Origin: Anaerolineaceae bacterium
Lineage (GTDB): Bacteria; Chloroflexota; Anaerolineae; Anaerolineales; Anaerolineaceae
Assembly (NCBI GenBank): GCA_003501835.1
Contig: DNOU01000031.1
Span: forward strand, 13,033 to 53,923
Direction: 5' to 3'
Length of the DNA: 40,891 bases
Shown here: positions 1-7,777 of the stretch, piece by piece
How the letters are laid out: every line of letters starts with the position of its first letter
Position numbering within the stretch: position 1 is the stretch's first letter
Made by a program: the position numbers and the translations under genes
The notes under the pieces: generated by a model
Databases searched by the model: none
Seen by the model: only the letters and a program-made list of their open reading frames with translations
Told to the model about the DNA's origin: nothing

Positions 1-49
1 ACTCTTGAATTTTGATTTCATCCCGCTAAACTGGATGTAGGAGGGCAGT

Positions 50-1237
50 GTGAGCACAAGAAAGATCATCCACCTCGATCTCGACGCATTTTTCTGCGCC
101 GTGGAAGAGTTGGATCATCCGGAACTGGCAGGCAAGGCATTTGCCGTGGGCGGCAGATCAGGGGAACGGGGAGTGATTGCTTCCTGCTCCTATCCTGCAC
201 GCCGCAAGGGAGTGCATTCCGCCATGCCCACCACCCAGGCGCTGCGGTTGTGCCCGGAGCTCATCCTTGTTTCAGGCAGACACGGCAGATACGGTGAAAA
301 ATCAGACCAGGTGATGGAGATCCTCAAGCGCTATACGCCGCTGATGGAACAGGTCTCCATTGATGAAGCCTTTCTGGATGTCACCGATTTGCCCCAGGAC
401 GGGGAAACCCTGGCCCGCGAGATCCAATCACGGGTGGCAGTGGAGACCAGCCTGCCGTGTTCGCTGGGGGTGGCGACCAACAAACTGGTTGCCAAGATCG
501 CCACAGATACCGGAAAGGCACGCAGTCAAACTGGAAGTTATCCAAAGGCAATCCTGGTGGTGCCCGCCGGAAAAGAAGCTGAGTTTTTGGCACCCCTGCC
601 CACCAAAGCCATGTGGGGGGTGGGACCCAAGACTGAGGAAACGTTGGCAAAGTTGGGGATCAAAACCCTGGGTCAACTGGCAGCCTGCAGCGACGAGTTC
701 ATGATCAAGCATTTTGGCAAACATGGTCCTGAGCTTTCTCAGAGCGCCAGGGGCATCAGCAACAGCCCCGTGGTGGTGGAATACGAAGCCAAGTCCATCA
801 GCCAGGAAACCACCTTTGACCGCGATACCAGCGACCTGGTTTACCTGCGACAGGTACTGCGTAAACTTTCAACGCAGGTGGGATTTCGGCTGCGGCAGAG
901 CGGAGTCCTTGCAGGAGTGGTGCGCATCAAGCTGCGCTGGTCTGATTTTTCCACCCACACCCGCCAGATCAGTATCCATCCGCCCACCGACCAGGACGGG
1001 GTGATCTACAAGGCGGCAGATGAATTGATGATGACACTCTGGGAAAACGGCAGGCAGGTGCGTCTTTTGGGTGTGGGTACGGCGGGCCTGCAGAAGCCTG
1101 TTCGGCAGATGAACCTCTGGGAAACACCTTCAGACAAGGAAAGACGCCTGTTAACGGCTCTGGATGAATTACGGGAACGATACGGCCGAAATGCAGTGCA
1201 GCGGGGGGATTCACTTGACAGGAAAGACCGGCAATAA
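50..1237 (+). CDS. dinB: DNA polymerase IV (Y-family translesion polymerase)
   Basis: 395-aa ORF with GTG start. N-terminal IIHLDLDAFFCAVE and SIDEAFLDVT acidic catalytic motifs are typical of DinB/Y-family polymerases. Host flank. Confidence 0.9.
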   Translation: MSTRKIIHLDLDAFFCAVEELDHPELAGKAFAVGGRSGERGVIASCSYPARRKGVHSAMPTTQALRLCPELILVSGRHGRYGEKSDQVMEILKRYTPLMEQVSIDEAFLDVTDLPQDGETLAREIQSRVAVETSLPCSLGVATNKLVAKIATDTGKARSQTGSYPKAILVVPAGKEAEFLAPLPTKAMWGVGPKTEETLAKLGIKTLGQLAACSDEFMIKHFGKHGPELSQSARGISNSPVVVEYEAKSISQETTFDRDTSDLVYLRQVLRKLSTQVGFRLRQSGVLAGVVRIKLRWSDFSTHTRQISIHPPTDQDGVIYKAADELMMTLWENGRQVRLLGVGTAGLQKPVRQMNLWETPSDKERRLLTALDELRERYGRNAVQRGDSLDRKDRQ

Positions 1238-1241
1238 ACGT

Positions 1242-2504
1242 CTAGGAAATTGGAGCAGACTGTTCAGGGAGAAGCAGCCTGTTGTAGACTTCCACAATCT
1301 GATCAGTGATGATCTCCCAGCGGTAATTCAGCGCATACTCGGCGGCGTTAATGCCCATCTGCCTGCGTAATTCCGGCTCCTTGATGAGCAGGGTGAGTTT
1401 TTCCGCCAGCAGATCAGCTTCGCCGTAGGGAACCACATAACCGGTCAGGCCATCCTGAACCAGGAAAGCAAGACCGCCGATTTGCGATGCCACCACCGGG
1501 GTACCGCAGGCCATGGCTTCAAGCGCGACCATGCCAAAAGATTCGTAATGCGAAGGCATGATCAGCGCCTCGGCAGCTGAATAATAATACGGCAATGTTT
1601 CCTGATCGCGCTTTCCCAGGAAGATGACCAGGTCGCCGATGCCCAGCTCCTTGCTCAATGCCTTGATGCGTGCCATTTCCGCGGTGGGCGGAAGCGAGAT
1701 CCCATCGGGGTCACCACCGATAATCACCAGGTGATGCGGATGGCGTTCAAACGTGCCCTGCTGCTTCATCAGCGCAATTGCCTGGAGGAGAATATCAATA
1801 CCCTTCAATGCTTCGATCCTGCCGACAAACAGCAACATTGCATTGTCTCGAGGCACTCCGATCACATCTTTGGCTTCATCTGGGGGGATGGGATAGAAGC
1901 GTGAGGCATTCACTCCAGGCGGAATGACAGTGATCTTTTGCGGTTTGACGCCGTAAAGAAATTCCAGCTGGGATTTCTCAGCCTGCGTCGCAGCGATGAT
2001 TTGATCCACACGGCTCATCACCCGGGTTTCACCCTGAATGCGGTAATCACCTTCCATCTCATCTGGAAATTGGGCAATGCGGTTCTTCATTTTCCCCAGG
2101 GTGTGGAACATTTGCAGAACAGGAACCCGCCATGCTTGCTTCAACGCTTCCGCAGCCACACCGCTCATCCAATAGTGCGAATGGATCAAATCGTAGGTGA
2201 TCTGCTTCTCGTGGGCAAAACGCTCAATGCCTTCAACAAAGCGGGGAATGTAAACGGGGAGATCGGGTTTGGGCAGGGGTACCTCGGGGCCTGCCTGGAC
2301 GTGCACCACCCGGTTGCCGTAACCCAGGTTGTGCATCACATGCGGCACATGGTCATCCTGCGAGCGGGTGAAGACATCCACATGAATTCCCCTCATCCCC
2401 AAATAGCGGGTGAGTTCCGCGACGTAGACGTTCATCCCGCCGGTATCCTTACCGCCAAGCGTGGCGAGAGGGCAGGTGTGGTAGCTGATCATGGCGATAT
2501 TCAT
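1242..2504 (-). CDS. GT4-family glycosyltransferase (MshA-like retaining glycosyltransferase)
   Basis: MNIAMISYHTCPLATLGGKDTGGMNVYV N-terminus and C-terminal E-x7-E-like region (PSHYESFGMVALEAMACGTPVV). I prefer the internal ATG at 2504 (AAGGAA RBS upstream) over the track start at 2567. Convergent with dinB, 4 nt apart. Confidence 0.85.
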   Translation of the reverse strand: MNIAMISYHTCPLATLGGKDTGGMNVYVAELTRYLGMRGIHVDVFTRSQDDHVPHVMHNLGYGNRVVHVQAGPEVPLPKPDLPVYIPRFVEGIERFAHEKQITYDLIHSHYWMSGVAAEALKQAWRVPVLQMFHTLGKMKNRIAQFPDEMEGDYRIQGETRVMSRVDQIIAATQAEKSQLEFLYGVKPQKITVIPPGVNASRFYPIPPDEAKDVIGVPRDNAMLLFVGRIEALKGIDILLQAIALMKQQGTFERHPHHLVIIGGDPDGISLPPTAEMARIKALSKELGIGDLVIFLGKRDQETLPYYYSAAEALIMPSHYESFGMVALEAMACGTPVVASQIGGLAFLVQDGLTGYVVPYGEADLLAEKLTLLIKEPELRRQMGINAAEYALNYRWEIITDQIVEVYNRLLLPEQSAPIS

Positions 2505-2579
2505 GAAGGTTCCTTGCCGAATCTTGAGGGGTGCTGATATAATTCGGGTGCCTTGATTATAATTCAAGAGTTAAAGCAA

Positions 2580-2652
2580 GCCACCGTAGCTCAGTTGGCA
2601 GAGCAGTCGCTTCGTAAGCGACGGGTCAAGGGTTCGACTCCCTTCGGTGGCT
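2580..2652 (+). tRNA. tRNA-Thr: tRNA-Thr, anticodon CGT (reads ACG)
   Basis: 73-nt cloverleaf folded by hand. Acceptor GCCACCG/CGGTGGC, D stem GCTC/GAGC, anticodon stem GTCGC/GCGAC with loop TTCGTAA, T stem AAGGG/CCCTT with loop TTCGACT, discriminator T. No encoded CCA. Confidence 0.9.
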
Positions 2653-2714
2653 CAAGGAAAATCCACCACAGGTGCTATGCCAGAGAGATTTAGGATAGTA
2701 CAGGTGGTGGTTCT

Positions 2715-3644
2715 GTGTTCTATAAACACATAGAAAATAAAGACCCGTTGCTTCTTTCAACGGATTCGATCACCTTCTACCAGGTGGCGCAGGGTTTCCT
2801 CCTGGACCGCCAAAGTCAGAACATCTCACGCAATACCATCCGGGTATATCGGCACGAGCTTGAATGGTTTCAAAAGTATCTGGATGCTGCCGGCGTGTTG
2901 TATATCCACCAGGTGACCGGGGATGTGATCCGGCTGTACCTGGTTGAGCTGGAGAAGTCCAGGAATCCAGGGGGAATCAATGTGGCATACAGGGTGATCA
3001 AGACCTGCACCTATTGGTGGGAAGATGAAACAGATGACCAGTACCGTTCTCCTGTACACAAGATCAAGGCTCCCAAAGTTCCCAGGACTGCAATCCAGGG
3101 GGTGCAGCCGGACCAGGTGAAAGCCATGCTGGCTGCCTGTCATACCGGCATGGCGGTCAGGGATCGGGCTGTGATCCGCTGCTTGTTTGATACCGGGGTG
3201 CGGAAAGAAGAATTCTGCGATCTGAACGTGGGGGATGTGGATCTGATGGGTGGCCGGGTGTCTGTCATGGGCAAGGGAGCCAGGTTCCGGATGGTGTTCC
3301 TGGGTGTCGAATCACGCAAGGCATTGCGGAGTTACTTACGGACCCGGGGGCAGCTCGCCCAGGATTCGCCACTGTTTGCATCGGATGAAGGTGACCGCTT
3401 CGGTGAATCGGGGCTGCGGGAATTGCTTGAACGGAGGTGCAGGGATGCCGGCATTCCCATCCAATCCCCTCACGATTTCCGGCGTGGGTTTGCCCTGGAG
3501 TGCCTGCGAAATGGCATGGATATCTACACCCTGCAGCATTTGATGGGTCACGCCGATCTGACCGTCCTCATGCGTTACCTGCACCAGGTGGAAATGGATG
3601 TGTCCAGGGCATTCAACAAGTGGTCACCTGGGGATCGGCTGTGA
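2715..3644 (+). CDS. int: Tyrosine recombinase / phage integrase
   Basis: 309 aa, GTG start. C-terminal catalytic signature seen: GVRKEE (Arg I), HDFRRGFA (H-x-x-R) and LMGHADLTVLMRYLH (His and Tyr nucleophile). Adjacent to the tRNA. Confidence 0.9.
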   Translation: MFYKHIENKDPLLLSTDSITFYQVAQGFLLDRQSQNISRNTIRVYRHELEWFQKYLDAAGVLYIHQVTGDVIRLYLVELEKSRNPGGINVAYRVIKTCTYWWEDETDDQYRSPVHKIKAPKVPRTAIQGVQPDQVKAMLAACHTGMAVRDRAVIRCLFDTGVRKEEFCDLNVGDVDLMGGRVSVMGKGARFRMVFLGVESRKALRSYLRTRGQLAQDSPLFASDEGDRFGESGLRELLERRCRDAGIPIQSPHDFRRGFALECLRNGMDIYTLQHLMGHADLTVLMRYLHQVEMDVSRAFNKWSPGDRL

Positions 3645-3696
3645 TACACAGCTGCCCATGATTACTGGTAAAAGCAAGCGTGGTGACACGGTAAAG

Positions 3697-3731
3697 ATCA
3701 GCACCCGGTCCAGGGATGGCCGGGTGCTGAT
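3697..3731. terminator. Perfect 12-bp inverted repeat between convergent int and lysis genes (likely bidirectional terminator)
   Basis: ATCAGCACCCGG (3697-3708) pairs with CCGGGTGCTGAT (3720-3731), 11-nt loop. No strong U-tract on either side. Confidence 0.5.
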
Positions 3732-3755
3732 TACCATGAAACCAGAATCATAAAC

Positions 3756-4082
3756 CTATTCGGTCTTGATGGTCTTTCCGAATAACTTCTCGATGATCGC
3801 CTTCACAACATCGTATATTCCAGACGCGACCAAACCCATGGCAATTCCGTAAACGATGGCAGCAAACCAGTACGTGAAGATCGGGAACCAATCCCCAGCC
3901 GGTGGGCGCTGCTGCGACACCATGTAGGGTACACCAAACAGGATCCCGATCCCCATACTGATAAGCAAAAGGGTGTTCCCTTTTACTCCCAGCTTCTTGA
4001 AATATTCCACCAGCCCGATGATCACAAAGACCAGCGGAACGGCACCCACCGTGGCGGTGGTGATGAAAGTGGTAAAGTCCAT
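3756..4082 (-). CDS. Putative holin (three predicted TM helices)
   Basis: 108 aa with three hydrophobic segments and a charged C-terminus (KLFGKTIKTE). AAGGAGAG RBS. Last gene of the lysis cassette. Confidence 0.6.
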   Translation of the reverse strand: MDFTTFITTATVGAVPLVFVIIGLVEYFKKLGVKGNTLLLISMGIGILFGVPYMVSQQRPPAGDWFPIFTYWFAAIVYGIAMGLVASGIYDVVKAIIEKLFGKTIKTE

Positions 4083-4093
4083 TGCTCTCTCCT

Positions 4094-4396
4094 TTACTTC
4101 AAAAGTTCAACCAGCAGATTTGCCAGTTGAGTGACAATCACGGTCACCAGCAGGATGACCATGGATTTGCTCATCTCCCATTTCCGTTCATTCTTGGTCT
4201 GTTTTTCATTCATCATCAATGCCTCCTTTCGCTCTCGTTCTGTTCTCTCCTCTAGATAGTCATCCAGGTGTTGATTCAATTTTATTTCTATAGCCCGTAC
4301 CCGATCATCCAATCCTAATTTGCCATTGCCCTTGATCAGCTTCAATAACTCATTCATCTGTGTTCTAAGGACTGCGATGTCTGCCTCAACGCCCAT
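4094..4396 (-). CDS. XhlA-like lysis-associated protein (coiled coil plus C-terminal TM anchor)
   Basis: Coiled-coil IAVLRTQMNELLKLIKGN...RVRAIEIKL and C-terminal TM MVILLVTVIVTQLANLLVELL. I prefer ATG 4396 (AAGGTGGA RBS) over the TTG at 4450, which would overlap the endolysin. Confidence 0.5.
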   Translation of the reverse strand: MGVEADIAVLRTQMNELLKLIKGNGKLGLDDRVRAIEIKLNQHLDDYLEERTERERKEALMMNEKQTKNERKWEMSKSMVILLVTVIVTQLANLLVELLK

Positions 4397-4421
4397 AATT
4401 TCCACCTTTGATGCTTTATTT

Positions 4422-5375
4422 TTATTCGAGACTGGCATGGTATTGTTCAAAGAGCGCGCGCACTCCAGCGGTCAGCGGGTCAGGCGGTACCGGGGGTTTG
4501 AGCGGCAGCATGTAATTCGTGGAAGTCGTCACCCAGCGTTGAATCACCGGATCGATGCGCTGCATATCCCCTTTGATCTCGTACACAGAGACAATATCGC
4601 CAAAGTGCAAGTCCTGCTTGATGTCAACACCCACTTCGTTTCGGGTATCCACGCCCTCCTCCTTGATGCACACCGCCTTGAAAAGGAATGGCACTTCTAC
4701 AACAGGCTTTACTCCGCCGGTCAGCATGTTCCAATGTTCCTCTGTGGCGAATCCGCGTCCAAACATCAGGTAATCAAGATCAATGGCTGCCCCCTGCTCA
4801 CCGTAACCGTGACCGGCTGAGGTAAACTGCCAGAGCCAGATTTTGCGGATGTCTGGGACTTTTGGATCATCAAAGAGCCTGCCCCAGGGTGGGAGAATGG
4901 CGGGGCTGGATGTATAGTTGGCCAGCCATAAGCGATAATTGCCAAATTGTGGAAGGTTCTGCAGATAGACCTCGGTATACCAGGGTGAGGAGTATACCCA
5001 GCTTTCGAGGGTCGTCGGGTCTATTCGCTCCATGAAGCTCAAAGACTGGCCGGCTACACCCGGGATCATCGATGCTGTGGTTGGCTGTTCAAAATCCCCA
5101 GCCATCCCAAGAGCCGGGTCCAAACCCTGCTCCATACTGTTGAAGTTGATTGCCTGGTTCTCCACCGAGTAGCCAGGTCTGAAATAGTGGTACATGCCCC
5201 AGGGTAGTCCCAACCTCTGGCATTCCTTCCAGTTGCGCTCAAACTGTGGATCATGCCAGGTAACACCTTCACTGGCTTTGATCATGGCGCCCCTGACACC
5301 CATACTCACTGCCTTAGACCAATCCATGACCCCCTGCCAGTGTGACACGTCCACGAGTAAAATTTTGTCTGCCAT
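4422..5375 (-). CDS. Endolysin: N-terminal GH25 muramidase with C-terminal SH3-like wall-binding region
   Basis: LLVDVSHWQGVMDW and GMYHYFRP motifs are typical of GH25 lysozymes. C-terminal GDIVSVYEIKGDMQRI is SH3b-like. AAGGAGA RBS. Confidence 0.85.
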   Translation of the reverse strand: MADKILLVDVSHWQGVMDWSKAVSMGVRGAMIKASEGVTWHDPQFERNWKECQRLGLPWGMYHYFRPGYSVENQAINFNSMEQGLDPALGMAGDFEQPTTASMIPGVAGQSLSFMERIDPTTLESWVYSSPWYTEVYLQNLPQFGNYRLWLANYTSSPAILPPWGRLFDDPKVPDIRKIWLWQFTSAGHGYGEQGAAIDLDYLMFGRGFATEEHWNMLTGGVKPVVEVPFLFKAVCIKEEGVDTRNEVGVDIKQDLHFGDIVSVYEIKGDMQRIDPVIQRWVTTSTNYMLPLKPPVPPDPLTAGVRALFEQYHASLE

Positions 5376-5425
5376 TTCAGTCTCCTTTACATCACTCCAA
5401 AACAGGTACGCTCATCAAGTTCCTT

Positions 5426-6091
5426 CTAAACCGGGTTGAAAGCAGCCACGCTGAGCATGGCGTTCTGTGAAATCGACCATGAATAGTTATCCGTTTCCGT
5501 GCCGCCGACGGTACTCTTGTATCCTGATGTGATGATGTTATTGACTTTGGTCACGGTCTGCCCATTGTTGCCCTGCCCTCCGGTGCCGTTGGCAATCGAG
5601 ATCACGTCCACCAGTAATCCGTTGATCGCTGCGGATACTGGTGCCGTGACACTCGTACCTGGCTGCACGTTTACGCTACTGGCGTTCAGGACGGAGGAGA
5701 CCTGGTTCACTCCGGAAAGTTGATAGCACACCGCACGCCAGGCGACAGCGGCTGCGAGGGTGGCTGTCCAGTTTTGCGCCCCAGGGGTTGGATTCACCAG
5801 TCCAAAGAGTATTGCTCCAACCGGGATGGCTGAGCCTGCCAGAATGGGCGTGGTCACGCCACCCAATGTGTAGTTGGTGATGTTTTGTGCAGCATCGTAA
5901 GCCAGGGCACATACAAAGAATGAATTGGGTACGGCGATCAAGGACACGGGAACGGAAACAGCGGTTCCCGAACCGTATGCAGTCCAGATGTTTTCGACCT
6001 TGACCCCCCTTGGGGTGATGGTGAATTCGCCGGATTTTGAAAAGTGCCTGGCTAATTCATTTACTCCTGAATAGATTGCACCGATGGGCAT
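5426..6091 (-). CDS. Hypothetical virion/tail-distal protein (Gly/Ser/Thr/Asn-rich, beta-rich)
   Basis: 221 aa, GGAGGTG RBS, tightly packed in the tail operon. No recognisable motif. Confidence 0.5.
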   Translation of the reverse strand: MPIGAIYSGVNELARHFSKSGEFTITPRGVKVENIWTAYGSGTAVSVPVSLIAVPNSFFVCALAYDAAQNITNYTLGGVTTPILAGSAIPVGAILFGLVNPTPGAQNWTATLAAAVAWRAVCYQLSGVNQVSSVLNASSVNVQPGTSVTAPVSAAINGLLVDVISIANGTGGQGNNGQTVTKVNNIITSGYKSTVGGTETDNYSWSISQNAMLSVAAFNPV

Positions 6092-6093
6092 CC

Positions 6094-6972
6094 TTACACC
6101 TCCACGTAACTGGCTGCTGCACTGCCGGTGAGAGATGCTGATCCGTGCCTGACCTGCAATGACCAGCCGGCGGGCAGGGTCATTTTCAAATCCAGAAACC
6201 AGGCAGCCCCAGGACTCACATTTCGCTCTGTTAAAAACTGGGTGGCCAGGGCATCGTTGACCACCTGCAATCCCATCTTTTGTGTGGTGGTTGCGGTGTT
6301 CATTACCATGATGCCGGTCAGTGCATTTACCTTACTGGCAGCGGTGGTAAATATATTCGTCCAGGTGTTCCCGGTAAAGTTGGACAATACGGATATTCCG
6401 CTTCCATCTGCGTAACTGGCGATCACATGCCCTGTCACGGTGGCGGATACTTTGGTTTGGATTTCTGTGGATGCATCCAGGAAGAAAGGAAATTGCAGGA
6501 TCAGTTTTTCACCTGGTGCCAGGCTGAATGCAAATGGGAGGTAGGCCGTGGCGCTCTTGACCAGTTGAATGAAGAAGTCTGCGGTCACCGTGGTGCTTTC
6601 GTTTACCAGGGTGATCGCGGAAACCAACCTTGCGCCAGCCGCTGGGGGTGCCACCAGTTGAGCGTAGACTGTGGTCGGGGCAACCACGGCGGTCCATGTC
6701 GGAAGTGATTCGCCAGCTCCACCACTGACCACCTTTGCCCATTCGTACTGTTCCTGCAGATCCACATTTCTGCGGAGGTAAAGACCATTTGCCCCACCGG
6801 GTAACCGGCCTATTTGTCCATCCCCGTACTTCACCAGCAAATCGCCGGCTACCTGGAGAATGGATTCGGGAATCTTGCCCACACCCGTATCAAAAGGCTT
6901 CACTTCCAGAATGGTCTGGGAGATGCGCTTCTCGATAATGTTACTGATGGTTTGCTTGACCTCGATATACAC
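6094..6972 (-). CDS. Hypothetical tail fiber/spike-like protein
   Basis: 292 aa, GTG start 1 nt after the upstream stop. Position and composition suggest a receptor-binding module. Function not verifiable here. Confidence 0.45.
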   Translation of the reverse strand: MYIEVKQTISNIIEKRISQTILEVKPFDTGVGKIPESILQVAGDLLVKYGDGQIGRLPGGANGLYLRRNVDLQEQYEWAKVVSGGAGESLPTWTAVVAPTTVYAQLVAPPAAGARLVSAITLVNESTTVTADFFIQLVKSATAYLPFAFSLAPGEKLILQFPFFLDASTEIQTKVSATVTGHVIASYADGSGISVLSNFTGNTWTNIFTTAASKVNALTGIMVMNTATTTQKMGLQVVNDALATQFLTERNVSPGAAWFLDLKMTLPAGWSLQVRHGSASLTGSAAASYVEV

Positions 6973-6973
6973 G

Positions 6974-7327
6974 TCACACCGCCGTAATGCTGGGTTCTAC
7001 ATTTACGTTTCCGCTCATCAGGTAATTGGTCTTGGGTGTGGGGGTCACCACCTGAATGTCATACTGGTATCGGGTCAGGGAGAAATTCCTGGTAATGGCT
7101 GTGGGAATTGAGATATTGATCATTCCGTTGGGACCGTCCACCACAATGCCGCCAGATGGACTTGAAAGGTCTGCCACCATATCCCCACCGGGTTTGGTGC
7201 GGATTTGCATGTGGACCACCCAGCCAGTGATGGGTTGGATGGCGTAGTTTTGATCTTTGATCCCCAGCTCCAGGTCGTAATCCTCTCCCTGTTTGATGTC
7301 CAAATCCAAATGCGGTACCGCGCTCAT
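6974..7327 (-). CDS. Hypothetical small structural protein (beta-sandwich-like)
   Basis: 117 aa. ATGA start/stop overlap with the upstream gene. Confidence 0.5.
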   Translation of the reverse strand: MSAVPHLDLDIKQGEDYDLELGIKDQNYAIQPITGWVVHMQIRTKPGGDMVADLSSPSGGIVVDGPNGMINISIPTAITRNFSLTRYQYDIQVVTPTPKTNYLMSGNVNVEPSITAV

Positions 7328-7776
7328 GCAAGCCTCGCTTTCACCACCTGGTATGCCGCGTCCACGGTGGGAATCTCATAATCCCAAATCTCCACGGGGG
7401 TATTGCATTGTCCGTTGAAGATCCTTTGAATCTGTGCCAGCTTCAATTTGGTTTCGGCGGCTTTCGTTCCGGAGTGCCAGTATTCACCCTGAACAAACAA
7501 AGGGGTGGGGAGCGGCACGGTCATTACCCAAAAGTCCACCACCTGGCCACCCTTGGTAAATCGGCCACCTCCCACGCTGAACTGGTAGTAGTAATTCAAC
7601 CCCAGGCGATTCAGGGCAAGCGCAACCCGCCATTCTTCCTGGCTGTCCGGCTCCTGCCCATGGATCAATCCCATGGGGGGTTCTGCTGGAGCTTCAATAA
7701 AGTCTTTCAATCGCTGTTCGAGCTTTACCTTTTTGATCCCTCGTGATTTGAATTGGAAGATTTTTGGCTTTGCCAT
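7324..7776 (-). CDS. Vsr/DUF559-like PD-(D/E)xK-fold endonuclease candidate
   Basis: 150 aa. VVDFWV-(9 aa)-LFVQGEYWH-(about 30 aa)-VEIWDYE parallels the E. coli Vsr pattern PDFVV-(7)-IFTHGCFWH-...-VLIVWECA. Embedded in the tail operon. Confidence 0.35.
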   Translation of the reverse strand: MAKPKIFQFKSRGIKKVKLEQRLKDFIEAPAEPPMGLIHGQEPDSQEEWRVALALNRLGLNYYYQFSVGGGRFTKGGQVVDFWVMTVPLPTPLFVQGEYWHSGTKAAETKLKLAQIQRIFNGQCNTPVEIWDYEIPTVDAAYQVVKARLA

Positions 7777-7777
7777 C

